A stretch of 64,000 bases of DNA from Ranitomeya imitator (lineage: Eukaryota): contig NC_091283.1 in assembly GCF_032444005.1 (NCBI RefSeq), positions 492,218,001 to 492,282,000 of the forward strand. The letters run 5' to 3'. Made by a program: the position numbers and the translations under genes. Shown here one piece after another: positions 33,700-46,879 of this stretch (the stretch's first letter is position 1; every line of letters starts with the position of its first letter). The notes below the pieces were generated by a model. It saw only the letters and a list, made by a program, of their open reading frames with translations. It was not told the DNA's origin and did not search any database.

Positions 33700-36600
33700 C
33701 ATTCCACAGGTGACAGTTCTTTCAGCAGACGTTGACACTCTTCCATTTCTCGAACAATGCATTGCCAAATAAACTGATCTTGTTGATAACGAGCGGGTGG
33801 TATTTCAGCGGTAGTCCGCTCAGTACAGCATAGTTCAGGTTGAGTGGTAGAGTCAGGTTGAGGGGTAGAAGACGGGAGCACATCCGGGTCCAATGAATCA
33901 GCCATCTCCGGAGTTTCAGGACTATGCACTTCCCAGGCAGCGGACTATCCAAGTCTGAGAACAAGGCAAGTGGTTCTTCCTCATCATAGTCGGGAGCCGC
34001 GGGAGTGAGCATTTGGGTTGGGCTTGACTCCCTCTCCTCTTCTTCAGGGTCCCATGACATGCAAGGACGCAACATGCTTCGATGGACTATTCGAGTAGGC
34101 GCCTCCTTCTCCCCTTCGGGTTGCACTTCATACACGGGACCTTCAGCTCCAACTCAACCTTTCACCCGATACAGAGTTTTTTCCCACCGATGCTCTAACT
34201 TGCCCCGAGGCCTCTTATCTCGGACCAGCACCCGCTCTCCTACGTTTAGAGCTGTCCCTTGAAGGGGCGGTACTTCATGGTACTCGAGTTCTCGAAACTT
34301 GGTCTGCACCAACCGATGAAGAGTCTGCAACCGATGCCTATGTTCTCGGGCCCAGGAAGACACCCCCGTCTGTGGGTAGTCTTCTTCTGGATCCAATTTC
34401 AACTCTGTTATCTCTCGTTCTTTTTGCCAGAACAGCAGGGTATACAGAGTGTATCCTGTTGTACTGTGCACTCGGTTGTTGTACACCCAGACTAATTTAG
34501 CTACGTACTCAGGCCAGCGGACTTTCCCATCTTCTTCCAATGTTCTCAACATCTGAATCAGAGTCTGGTTGAAGCATTCACAGGCCCCATTTACCTGAGG
34601 ATGGTAAGGCGTTGTTCTTAACTTTTCAATCCGGTACAGTCGATGTAACTCTTCCATGACTCAGCCTTGGAAACAAGCACCTTGATCGGAATTAATTCTA
34701 TCCGGGCAACCATACACCCGGATGAAGTCTCGACAGATAGCTTGCACAGCTAACTCGTCAGTCTGATCCCGGTCGGAGTCTCCACAGCGAATTTGGTAAA
34801 GTGTTTGGTCATCACCAGACAATGTTCATATCCGAGATAAGTTGGACCCATGGTCAAGTAGTCGATCATCAACAACTCTAAGGGGGCAGATGTCACAATG
34901 GTCTGTGTGGGGGCTCTCTGTTCCGGAAATTTAGCCAGTTCGCAGCTCTGACATCGCTGACAGGACTCCTCTACTGCAGTCTTCAATCGAGTGTGATAGA
35001 CCAGCTTATGTAACCACTGGAATGTCTTTTCCGGCCCAAAGTGAGCCCCTCTCTCATGGACCTCCGTGGCCAATATGCCGATCAAATTCTCTGGGAGCAC
35101 CACTTGCCAGGTGATCCCCAAGTCTTGTACCAACTGTACTTTTCGATACAGCAAGACGTCTTTCAGTTGGAGCCTCTCCCTCTGCCTGAGAATCTGCAGA
35201 GCCCTCGGGGGCCAAAGAGCACCTCTTTCACTTTGACTGGGAAGTCGCTTCACAGCCACCCACTATCTCAACTGGGCAAGCTCCCTATCTTCCTGCTGTA
35301 AATGCACCCAGTCATCCCGAGGTCGTCCCAGCACTTGTTCTTTCCCACCTCCCCGATCTGTCTCTGCGTCACCGCCAATGACCTGGCGAGGTCCCAGAAG
35401 CTAGGAATCTCTTCTGCCTCCAACTCTTCATCGCAGTCGCGTCCCGGTCGCTCATGAGTCACTCGGGACAGAGCGTCAGCATGCATATTCTTGGCTCCTT
35501 TCCGATATGCGATCTTATATCAATATTTTGCCATGAGGGCCACCGGTCTTTGCTCCAGGGTCCACAGTTTTGCATTTTCTAGGTGGGCGAGGGGATTGTT
35601 ATCGGTACACACCAAGACTTCGGACCCCGACAAGTATTCAGCAAATTTTTCGATCATTGCCCACACTAACGCCAGTAAATCCAACTTGAAGGAACTGTAA
35701 TTGTCCGGGTTCCATTCCGATTCGTGGAGGGACCGGCTCACATAGGCAATCACTCGTTCTTTCCCTTCCTGCATTTGCGATAGCACAGCTGCCGGACCAT
35801 GGAGACTTCCATTAGTGTGTAGAATGAAGGGCAATGCAGAGCATCTGGTTTACAGCCTAATACTAATGCACATACAGGCGGGCTGCCCAGTGCTACAAAA
35901 TGCATGCTGTGCGAACAGAGGCCAACAGTTTACAGACACATATTAATGTATGTAAGGTATTAGTTTATATTGGGGCCTCAATACGTAACCTGGCAACCCA
36001 GGTCAAGGGTCCTTACATTTTGCCAGTCCTAACGCTAAACATAGAATAAAAGCTCACCAACACAAAAAGAGGACTTAGAAATCCTCCAAAAATTGAAAAA
36101 AGTCACAGAGAAAAAATCAGAGATGTTTATTTGCTGAAGCCTCCAACCAAATGCACTGGCAGGGTGCAGCGGACCCGATTAATGATGGCAAACGCACAGG
36201 TGCAAAAAATATCGATGAAACAACCACTTTCAATCCAGTGTTGGCTGTTTGGTATTAGTGCACAGAAAGATAAGAGATAATAGTCTGTATGTGGCATTAT
36301 TCACACAGGCAATGCAGAGCATCTGGTTTACAGTCTATTAGTAACGCACATACAGGCGGGTTGCCCAGTGCTACAAAATGCATGATGTGCGAACAGAGCC
36401 AACAGTTTACAGAGACACAGTGGGACAGTCCTGGACTGCCGCTATCTTCTCACGTGCAGGTCTCACCCCTTCAGCAGAGACAACATGTCCCAGGTACTCG
36501 ATTTGCTTACGGAAGAGGTGACATTTTTGGGGCTTCACTTTCAGGCAGTGCTTCTGCAGTCGACTCAACACTTGCTCCAGCCACTGGAGGTGCTCTTCAA

Positions 36601-37513
36601 AGATGGCTGCATAGACAATGATATCGTCCAGGTAGATAAGTGTTGCTTCGAAGTTCAGATCCCCCAAACACCTTTCCATCAATCGCTGAAAAGTCCAAGG
36701 AGCGTTAGTCAGGTCGAAGGGCATCCGATTAAATTCAAACAATCCCATGGGCAGTATGAATGCTGTCTTCGGCCAGTCGTGTTCAGCCATGGGAACCTGC
36801 CAGTATCCACTTCCTGTGGGTATTTCATGGGTTATAGCTGTAGTGCACCCAAAGTCATCTTCATAACTGGCGAAGACATCCTAGTAATGCTCCAGAACAG
36901 CTTCCACCTGTTTCACCTGTTGCGGTGAGAGTCCCGTCACTTCAGCCCACTTTTGTTCCAAGATTCGGCGCCCCTCATTCATACTTCCAGGCGGGTGCTC
37001 CGGAGTCAATGTAATGGCTACAGTCCATGGATCTCCTTTTTTTAAGGCCAACTGAACGGCCTCCGGCTGCATCAATTCTTCCGGCATGCCCAGCAACTGT
37101 GCCACTTCACTCTTGGGCAAGAGAGTAAGATTGTCTTCCCCCAGGTTGACCCACCACCACGTTACCGTCATGGACGATGGCTAATGTCTGAGCAATGAGG
37201 AGTCCCGAGGCTTTTGGTCCATTAAGGTTGGCTCTATCTAGATTTCCACCCTTTTGAGGGGTGTACAAGCTCGTACGGGCAGCCTGAGCACAGTCTGACC
37301 AGGCGGTAAAACGAGTTTAGCAGCAGCAGGGACTATAATTTTTCCTAAGACTTTCCCTTCACTCGATGTTTCTTGGGTCTGGGCAACCTGTATCAGTTGT
37401 TGAAACACTTTCCTCTGGGGAGTTTGCTGGCTCCATCGGTCCAGGAAAGCGTCTGGTGACTCGCTGATCAAAAGAGTCCCGAGTTCTTTCAGCACATTCA
37501 TCCCCAAAATCAC
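33700..37513 (-). pseudogene. Gypsy pol relic (protease region, RT, RNase H, integrase)
   Basis: RT: KTAF..PMGLFEFNRMPF, LIYLDDIIV; RNase H: PFILHT.GS, YSSFKLDLLALVWA; integrase: H-H-C-C finger, LLMIDYL, KLRTTPYHPQVNGACE; many stops and frameshifts. Confidence 0.9.
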
Positions 37514-37699
37514 TGCAGGGCCTCCTTGACTCCGGGCGGCGTCCCCCAGCCGCAGAGCCCACTAGTTTTAATGGCTGCCGAGGTAGGGACCACCCCCATC
37601 TCACACACCCTCAGGCATAGTGTCCGGCATTTCCACACTTGAAACAAGTCAGATTCCATTCTGTATGGGGTTGTCCCATTCCCTGGTGATGTTCAACGT

Positions 37700-38100
37700 G
37701 CAAGCGGGACTCGTATTCAGTCTTGTCTCTAGGCATATTTGAAGCTGCAGTGGGAGCTCTTCTGAGGCTGGACCACTCTTCTCACATTTCCCGTATTTCC
37801 TTCTGGATTTCTCGGGCCCACTCTGGTTCAGCTGTGGACGAGGCGGGTACCTCACTACTCCGGACCATCCCTGCCAAGGCTGCTGTCCCCTGCTCCTGCT
37901 CTCTTGCGCGCACTTCTGCACAAATTTCTAGGAGTGTCATACGCGGTTTGGCACGCAGGCGCTCCCACAGAGCTTGCTTAAGCGACGCATCCCTGAGGTC
38001 TGCCATAAATTGGCCCCTCAATATCACATCAGGGTCCCCACTCCTATTACCTCTACATCATCCCGTCAGGCGATATGTGCATGCACCTCTTGTAGCACAT
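37700..38100 (-). pseudogene. Gypsy gag fragment
   Basis: LRGQFMADLRDASLKQALWERLRAKPRMTLLEI, gag-like capsid C-terminus, positioned upstream of pol. Confidence 0.6.
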
Positions 38101-38184
38101 TAATGTATTGGCGTCACTGACTCCCCCTCCCTCAGAACACGGCGGAACAATCACATCCGCAACTCTCCAATATTGGTGGAATGC

Positions 38185-38430
38185 CCATTATTATTATTAT
38201 TTATTATTATAGCGCCATTTATTCCATGACGCTTTACATGTGAGGAGGGGTATACATAATAAAAACAGGTGCAATAATCACAACTGGTACAGGAAGAGAG
38301 AGGACCCTGCCCGCGAGGGCTCACAATCTACAAGGGATGGATGATGATACAGTAGGTGAGGATAGAGCTGGTTGTGCAGTGGTTTGGTCGATCGGTGGTT
38401 ACTGCATGTTGTAGTCTTGCCAGAAGAGGT
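38185..38430 (-). mobile_element. L2 LINE 3' tail fragment
   Basis: (TTA)n tail then TATAGCGCCATTTATTCC, and GAGAGGACCCTGCCCGCGAGGGCTCACAATCTACA as in the L2 at 57940. Confidence 0.7.
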
Positions 38431-38960
38431 ATGCAAGAGGTCCCCATGCATCTCTTCTAAAATCTGTAACACCTTGTTCAAAATGTCCAGTTCATGAGGG
38501 GGCAAAATATTACAGTGCGTCTAGCCTCACAGTCCAGGGCCATCAGAGCAATCTCTGCCTGTATACCAGGAGTCACAGGATGCATCTTTAACATGCCTTT
38601 AACCCGCCCAGTCAAGTCCCACAGCATTCAATTACTCACCGTGAATTTAGGGAGTTTGCTAAGCATGGCCCCCAGCAGCAAGCTGCACTTTGGGGCACCC
38701 ATGACAAATTGGTCTGCTGCCTCTGCGTTCGAAGACTGCATCCTGCCAACTATGCCAAATGTAAGCAGGTTGCGGGATGCAGTGACGCAAAAGGGAGACA
38801 GAGCAGGGGTTAACAATATAACAATTTAATTAACACAAAGGAGAAAACTCCTGGCAGGGAGATAAACAGTTACATTTGAAAAAAGAGCAAATGTAAGACG
38901 ACAGCAGTCCAATTATCAAACTTATTGTGTCCTTATGGTCCTCCACTGCATATGGTCCAT

Positions 38961-39518
38961 TGAGGGTTGTAGTAGTGGCAGCGTCCGGAGTAGTGTCCAC
39001 AGATGGGGTCCCACAGATGGAGATCTAGCTTCTGGCGGCAACTGGCGGTCTCTGGATTTACCCGTTGAGCCCCTAGTCCATGAGCCTTTGCAGCCAAAGC
39101 AATGAAGGCTGCACCAATCCCAGAATTAAACATGAGCTCAGGTGTACTGTCCACCATTTGGTACCGCAGCCTAATGTCCTGCAACCGGCCCACACTTGTT
39201 TGCACGTTCGCGGCCTTAACTGCCTCTGGGCGCACAGCGCTCTCTACACGCATTGTCCTGCTGATGTTACCTAGAGGTGTTGGCTGCCGTACGTCGCAGC
39301 GCCGGGGCATGGGGTGCTGCGCTCTCCCTGACGGTGGGAAACTAACTGTTGCTTTGCGCTCTTTTTTTCTCTGTTTCTGGCTTGAACATGCCCCATCTCC
39401 CTGGGTCATGTGACCTGTCTGGTACCTTATTCCTTTCCCCGGGCAATATGGGACGCAGCCTCCACAGTTCCGAATCTGGCTCAATACAGGTACACGCAGC
39501 CCGGTCTTCCTCCTTACA
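38961..39518 (-). repeat. 5' LTR of the Gypsy element
   Basis: TGAGGG...CCTTACA; homologous to 33109-33677. Confidence 0.85.
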
Positions 39519-39539
39519 GTACTGCATTATGAGTAGATA

Positions 39540-40490
39540 TCTTATATTTCTCAGCACTAAGGACATCAAGAAATGGGCAAGTTGAGGACCATAGCATCAG
39601 CAGTTGGCCGAGGAAATTTAGTGCAGCAGATGAAAGACACATGCTTATTTGAAGGAATCGTAAGATGTCCAGCAGTACCATCAGCTCAAAACTGTCAGAA
39701 ACTTGCCATACCATGATTAAGGCTTCTACCTGAAACGCATCGGTAATGTATTGTGGACTTTCATGGTGACCAGTGCTTTTTTAAATTTTTTACTACTTTA
39801 ATAAAGGTTTTTTCACTTTTAATTGGATTTGTCTTCGCTGGAGAACCACCCTCTTTCTTCTGTATGCTGCTATCACGTCCTAGAGTAGGACGGCTCCGTA
39901 CGATGATCCATGTCTAACCAGAGTGCATCTAAATGTGGGGAGCTGACTTTCCTTGTCCCATATACCTCTGTTATGTGTCAGAAACTAGTGGGACCATCTT
40001 CTGGCCAGATGTGATCTTCAAAGAAGAATTGTGGCTAAAAAAACCTTACCTTCGACACCTTTATGCAAACATAGTAACTGCAGTGCAGAAAAGTGGCAGC
40101 AGCTGATCTGGACTGATGAGTCAAAATATGAAATATTTGGCTGTAACAAAAGGAAGTTTCTTCGTCAAAGGGCTGGTGAGCAGTACAATATGACTGACTG
40201 CAGGCAACAGTGAAGCTTTGTATATGTTCCTTGTGGGTTGGGAATGATTTCAGCAAATGGAGTTAGAGATTTAGTCAGGAATAATGGTGTCCTCAATACT
40301 GAGAAATACAGCAGATACTTATTCATCATGCAATGCCCTCAGGAAAGCATTTGATTGGCTTCAAATTCATTCTGCTGCAGGACAGCGATCCAAAACATAT
40401 AGCCAATGTCATTTAGAACTATAGGAAGTGATGATATGGCCGCTACAGAGCCCTGATCTCAACATAATCGAGTCTGTCTGTGATAATAAT
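39540..40490 (+). pseudogene. Tc1 (DD34E-type) transposase relic, interrupted by a Penelope tail fragment near 39705-39990
   Basis: PRKFSAADERHML, WQQLIWTDESKYEIFG, QDSDPKH, WPLQSPDLNIIE-like remnants. Confidence 0.8.
39709..39745 (+). ncRNA. Minimal hammerhead-like motif (A3-U8 variant) in a Penelope tail fragment
   Basis: TACC-ATGATTA-AGG-CTTCTA-CCT-GAAA-CGCA-TC-GGTA; AATAAA at 39800. Confidence 0.5.
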
Positions 40491-40690
40491 TATTTTATTT
40501 TTATTGCGGCAACAAATTCTGCAACACTTTACATTTTAGAGGGGGCTTGTACAGAAATAAAAGACATTACAGAGCAGAGCAACATATAATGCAACAGATA
40601 CCAGGAGGAGTGAGGGCCCTGCTTGCAAGTTTACAATCTATGTGGCCTTCCTTTGGTTTAGGGAGGGCTATAAGTTACCGCACTGGTGTT
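40490..40690 (-). mobile_element. L2 LINE 3' tail fragment
   Basis: A/T tail plus CAGATACCAGGAGGAGTGAGGGCCCTGCT, shared with the L2 at 62151. Confidence 0.7.
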
Positions 40691-40704
40691 GGTGCTATGC
40701 TCGT

Positions 40705-41240
40705 TGTCAGTGATACGTCCGTTCCTGACTGAGCAGCTGACCCTTATATACCTGTGTATATTGCCTGCTTCTGTACGATTGCTCTGTATATGACCCAGTC
40801 TGTTTCCCATTTGATATTCATCTGCTGATTCTGTACTTTCTGTGTTACTCTTGGTTCTACCCCGACTACGTCACTGACTTCCCGCTCACCTGTTCCCCTG
40901 GCACTGCGTTGCTCTCTCTGGCTTCTGACTTCCGGTTTGCTTCTTAACACTCTATTCGTGTTACCCGCTTCTTACTGCGCTGCCCTCTGGTCTGACCTCA
41001 GCTTTTCTGACTAATCTCCTGGCTCTGCTGGGTCCCACTATCCCTGCTATGAGTTTGGGACCTAGCTCCACCCCCAGTCACTCCCCCAGTGGTCATGTGT
41101 CGCAGGTCCTGTTCCTCCTGCAGCACACTTTCAGCCGGGTTCACATTCCACTGCAGAAACTCCTCAGGTTTCCCCAGCACCTCTTTGGACACGCGTACAG
41201 TCTCTGATGGTGAGTCTGATACTGTGTCCATCACACCTAC
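40705..41240. mobile_element. Possible solo-LTR fragment
   Basis: Begins TGTCA, ends TCACA, with CTGAC-rich short repeats; no TSD found. Confidence 0.3.
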
Positions 41241-41866
41241 TCAATGCAGGATTCACTAAACCATCACAGACAGATATCTGTCCAGCCTCTGTTTGAAGAC
41301 TTCCATTGAAGGGGAAGTCACCACCTTTCTTGGCAGCTTGGTCCACTCATTGATCACCCTCACTGTCAAAAAGTTTTTTCTAATATCTAAACTGTATCTT
41401 CTCCCTTTCAGTTTCATTTTATTGATTCTCGTGCTTCCATGTGCAAATGAGAATAATGATGATTCCCCCTACACTGTGACATCCCTTCAGATATTTGTAG
41501 ACAGCTATTAAGTCTCCTCTTAGCCTTCTTTTTTACAAGCGAAATATTCCCAGATCCTTTAACCGTTTCTCGTAGGCATATTTTGCAGTCCACTCACTAT
41601 CCTGGTAGCTCTTCTCTGAACTTGCTCCAGCTTTTCAATGCCTTTTTTAAAATGTGGTGCCCTGAACTGAGCACAGTATTCCAGATGAGGCCTGACCAAG
41701 GAGGAGTAGAGGGGGATAATTACTTCACGTGATCTAGACTCTATGTTTCTCTTAATACATCCTAGAATTGTGTTTGTCTCTTTTGCTGCTGCATCACACT
41801 GTTGACTCATGTGCAGTCTGTGATCCTTTAGTATACCCAAGTCTTTTCCACACATGCTGTTGCTTA

Positions 41867-42599
41867 AGGTACCGTCACACTAAGCGACGCTGCAGCGATA
41901 CCGACAACGATGTCGATCGCTGCAGCGTCGCTGTTTGGTCGCTGGAGAGCTGTCACACAGTCAGCTCTCCAGCGACCAACGATCCCGAAGTCCCCGGGTA
42001 ACCAGGGTAAACATCGGGTTACTAAGCGCAGGGCCGCGCTTAGTAACCCGATGTTTACCCTGGTTACCGTTGTAAATGTATAAAAACAAACACTACATAC
42101 TTACATTCCCGGTGTCTGGTCATGTCCTTCGCCTTCAGCTTCACTGATTGAGCGCCGGCCGTAAAGTACAGCGGTGACGTCACCGCTGTGCTGTGCTTTA
42201 CGGCTGGCCAGCGCTCACCAGTCAGTGTGGGAAGCTGACGGCGAGGGACCTGACCAGACACCGGAATGTAAGTATGTAGTGTTTGTTTTTTTACATTTAC
42301 AGCGGTAACCAGGGTAAACATCGGGTTACTAAGCACGGCCCTGCGCTTAGTAACCCGATATTTACCCTGGTTACCAGTGAAGACATCTCTGAATCGGCGT
42401 CACACACGCCGATTCAGCGATGTCAGCGGGAGATCCAGCGACAAAATAAAGTGCTGGACTTTCCCCAGCGACCAACGATCTCCCAGCAGGGGCCTGATCG
42501 TTGGTCACTGTCACACATAACGATTTTGTTAACGATATCGTTGCTACGTCACAAAAAGCAACGATATCATTAACGATATCGTTATGTGTGATGGTACCT
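41867..42599. mobile_element. Harbinger-type fold-back MITE
   Basis: TIRs AGGTACCGTCACAC / GTGTGATGGTACCT; TTA TSD; removing it restores the CR1 sequence. Confidence 0.92.
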
Positions 42600-42760
42600 T
42601 TAGTTCTATTCCTCTCAATCTATAGATGTAATTTTCATTTTTCTTGCCCAGATGTAGAATCTTTCATTTCTCCCTGTGAAATACCATTCTGTTAGTCACT
42701 GCCCATTGTTTAACCTTATCTAGATCCTTCTGAATCCTTTCTCTATCTTCTCTAGTGTTA

Positions 42761-43439
42761 GGGTACCGTCACACAGTGCCATTTTGATCGCTAGGACGGT
42801 ACGATTCGTGACGTTCCAGCGATATCCATACGATATCGCTGTGTCTGACACGCAGCAGCGATCAGGGACCCTGCTGAGAATCGTACGTCGTAGCAGATCG
42901 TTTGGAACATTCTTTCGTCGTTGGATCTCCCGCTGTCATCGCTGGATCGGTGTGTGTGACACCGATCCAGCGATGCGTTCGCTTGTAACCAGGATAAACA
43001 TCGGGTTACTAAGCGCAGGGCCGCGCTTAGTAACCTGATGTTTATCCTGGTTACCATCGTAAATGTAAAAAAAAAAAACAGTACATGCTTACATTCCGGT
43101 GTCCGTCAGGTCCCTTGCGCTGTGCTGTGCTTTCACTTTACGGCCGGCAGTCAGTCAGTGCGGGAAGCAGACGGCAAGGGACAGACACCGGAATGTAAGT
43201 ATGTAGTGTTTGGTTTTTTTTACGCTGGTAACCAGGGTAAACATCGGGTTACTAAGCGCGTCCCTGCGCTTAGTAACCCGATGTTTACCCTGGTTACCCG
43301 GGGACCTCGGCATCGTTGGTCGCTGGAGAGCTGTCTGTGTGACAGCTCTCCAGCGACCACACAACGACTTACCAACGATCACGGCCAGGTCGTGTCGCTG
43401 GTCGTGATCGTTGGTAAATCGTATAGTGTAACGGTACCC
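42761..43439. mobile_element. Harbinger-type fold-back MITE of the same family
   Basis: TIRs GGGTACCGTCACAC / GTGTAACGGTACCC; TSD TTA/TCA. Confidence 0.88.
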
Positions 43440-44513
43440 TCAGCTATCCCTCCTAGCTTAGCATTGTCTGCAAATTTGATTAGTTTACCTTCAGTTCCCT
43501 TATCTAGATCATTTATAAAAAATGTTGAACAACAGTGGGGCCAGGACAGAGCCTTGTGGTACCCCACTTGAAACACTTTTCCAATTGGATGTGCAACTAT
43601 TTATTACCACTCTTTGAGTATGATCACTGAGCCAGTTATGAATCCACCAAACCATAGCCTTGTCAGTCCCATACTTGGTCATTTTTTTCAATAAGGATAG
43701 TATGAGATACTTTATCAAATGCTTTGCTTAAGTCGAGATATACTAAATCTACTGCATTTCCCTGATCCACCCAGTCAGTGATTCCATCATAGATGGAAAT
43801 TAGATTAGTCAGGCATGACTTGTTTGCTACAAACCCATATTGGCTCTGGTTAATTGATATATTCTTATCCAAGTACTTACATACATGCTGTTTAATAATT
43901 ATTTCAAATATCTTTCCTGGTATAGATGTTAGGAATAACCACTCGGCCAAGTCCCTTCAAACACTGTGTACAACTGTACCTGGAAGAGAAGATGCTCTTT
44001 TAAAGGAAAAAAAGGGGGTCACACCAAATGTTGATGTAATTTAGATTTCTCGTTTGTTCATTCACTGTGCATTTTGTCAATTGATGAATATAACCAGCAA
44101 TACTTATATTTTTAAAAGTATTCTTACTGTGCAGCATTATTTTACATCTGCCTAAAATGTTTGCACATTACTGATTATATATTCTTTTTTTCTACTGTAA
44201 CATGCATAATAATTTTAACTCAGACATGTGGCGAAATTCAGTGCCACGATGCATTAATCATATTGTATAGTGCATTCTACATATTCGTAATACACTCCTA
44301 TGGTGTAATTTTACCACAGCATGTTACAGTGACAAAAAGCATTTCTAATACAGACCTACTGTATAATATATTATTAGACTGCCAATAAGCATTCAACAAT
44401 CAGTACTCTAGTGCATTTTAAAGTACTGTGAAATATATACAATGCAGATTGGTGGTCTACTATTGGAGTCATATAAAGCATTCATCATATAACAGTAGAG
44501 TGTACTAAAGAAG

Positions 44514-45712
44514 TGCAGCGCCCCAGAGTCCTGGTCGTTGCAGTAATGTTGTTCTTCCACCAGGGGGAGTGATGTTACGTCTGAGGGCAATGAAGGAGAT
44601 CTCCTGTCCAGGTATCACAACCACCAAACACACCTCACACTCCAGTCCGCCAGGGGGAGCCATGCTTCTATCTACTAGGGCACTCCTCACACTTGGGTAA
44701 AACTGGTGGGTTGGTTAGGAAGTTAGACAGTCAACCCCGACCGAGTTTGGCAGAGGCTGGTTGGAGTGAGTTGTTCCAGCTAGCTCCAGACTGCGGCCTG
44801 CGGAAGGCGAGGGTACACAGAGCTGCGCCTGCATCCCATGCGGCAGCATCCTAAGAAAGGACATGAAAGGAAGTGTGTTGCAGTGAGTGAGAAACGAAGT
44901 CATAGCAACAGGAGAGGAACATCAGCGGGAGACCAGCTAGAAGCAGGCTGCCTCCTTCTGAAGCGCAGTACCGGTAACCAGAACACCGAGGGAGTAAGGA
45001 TCTCTATGCTTTACTTCAGAGACTGGCAGGACAGTTGATTCCACGTTAGCTGCCCGACCATACACCCAGGAGGCACGGTGGCAACTTGTGGAGGCCGGTG
45101 CGTCTCTAGGGTCCCTATAAAAAGCCTCAGGCCACCAGTCATACGGGTTTGTCCTATCCGTCAGGGGGATAGAGAGAAAGAGACTTAACACCTACAATAG
45201 TTGTGAGGACCTCACCGAGTTGCTCAGCAGGGAGGAACTACAACACTCAGGCGCTAGAGGAAGGCTATTGAATTCCACCTGGATAAGGGGACTCTGGATT
45301 TGCCTTCAGACCGGCCGGACTCTGCCTGCCCCGTGATGTGGTGCTCTGGACTGTAGACACTGAAGCCTTCAGTAAAGGTAAAGAGACTGCAACCGTGTGT
45401 CCTCGTTATTCACTGCGCCTTACATCATCCACCATCTACATTCTGGGAAGCCCTGGGGACATACTTCACCTGTGGGAAGGTATACTATCTAGCTGCCATA
45501 ACATCACCCCAGAGGACCCCTAAGCAGCGTCGGTCACCCTGACCGAATACCACAGGTGGTGTCACGAACATTATCCCTTTAAAGACTTTCCCTACAATTT
45601 ATCAACGGATGTCCCCTAGGGCCATGGACCGGGTCAGCCACCGTGACATCCCCACTGAGAACCGAAGGACCCGGTACCGAGTACCCCATTGCCCTACACG
45701 GGGGGCGCTCCA
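44514..45712. mobile_element. Solo LTR (about 1.2 kb), probably Gypsy
   Basis: TGCAGCGCCCC...GGGGCGCTCCA termini; 4-bp flanks GAAG/GTAG; no coding remnants. Confidence 0.75.
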
Positions 45713-46879
45713 GTAGTGTCTTAAAGAGTTATTCATCCAGCCACGTAAGGTGCTATAATATTACCCTATTGCATTTATCCTACAGCTCAATGGTGTATAA
45801 TTATTTCACTATATGGTATGCATTGTACAGCTCCATATTGTTTATTATATCACTACATTGTATCCATCATAAAGCTCTGTAGTGTATTATTAATTCCCTT
45901 TATTATATAATAAAAGAAGCTCTGTAATGTTCCATTAAATCACTATAATGTATGCAGTATATATATATAGTATAGTAATATATAGTATAGTAATATATAG
46001 TAGTATATTGTATCCATTATACAGCTCTGTAGTATACTATTATATCACTATATTGTATCCATCTCACAGCTATACAGTGTACTATTATATAAAAATAGTG
46101 CATCCATCATACAGCTCTATAGTGTACTATTTAGGGTTGAGCGAAACGGGTCGTTCATTTTCAAAAGTCGCCGACTTTTGGCAAAGTCGGGTTTCATGAA
46201 ACCCGATACGACCCCTGTGCGGGGTCGGCCATGCGGTACGCGACTTTCGCGCCAAAGTCGCGTTTCAATGACGCGAAAAGCGCCATTTCTCAGCCAATGA
46301 AGGTAAACGCAGAGTGTGGGCAGCGTGATGACATAGGTCCTGGTCCCCACCATCTTAGAGAAGGGCATTGCAGTGATTGGCTTGCTGTCTGCGGCGTCAC
46401 AGGGGCTATAAAGGGGCGTTCCCGCCGACCGCCATGTTACTGCTGCTGATCTGAGCTTAGGGAGAGGTTGCTGCCGCTTCGTCAGAAGCAGGGATAGCGT
46501 TAGGCAGGGTCCATTAACCACCAAACCGCTTGTGCTGTAGCGATTTCCACTGCCCAACACCACCTTCGGTGTGCAGGGACAGTGGAAGCTACATTTTTTT
46601 TTTCCCTCAGCACTGTAGCTCATTGGGCTGCCCTAGAAGGCTCCCTGATAGCTGCATTGCTGTGTGTACGCCGCTGTGCAAACCAACTGCTTTTTTCAAA
46701 GCACAAATCCTCTTGTTCCTTCCTTTCTGCACAGCTATCTTTTTGGTTTGTACACACTTTTTATTTAATTTGTGCATCAGTCCACTCCTTATTGCTGCCT
46801 GCCATACCTGGCTGAGATTACTGCAGGGAGATAGTAATTGAAGGACACTTCCTTTTTTTTTTTTTTTTTTTGTGGGAGA

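Larger units (their letters stand above)
33109..39518 (-). mobile_element. Degenerate Gypsy/Ty3 LTR retrotransposon with both LTRs
   Basis: Direct repeats 33109-33677 and 38961-39518 (TG...CA); purine tract GAAGGAGATGGGTAG before the 3' LTR; PBS-like TGGACC after the 5' LTR; RT-RH-IN order. No TSD recovered. Confidence 0.9.
41250..43930 (-). mobile_element. 5'-truncated CR1 LINE (RT and C-terminus), split by two MITEs
   Basis: [74 protein letters not shown], followed by a CR1-type 3' UTR. Confidence 0.92.

Noticed and set aside
43925-44010. Strong minus-strand splice acceptor next to the CR1 boundary
   Set aside because: No good donor, and the frame runs into CR1 sequence.
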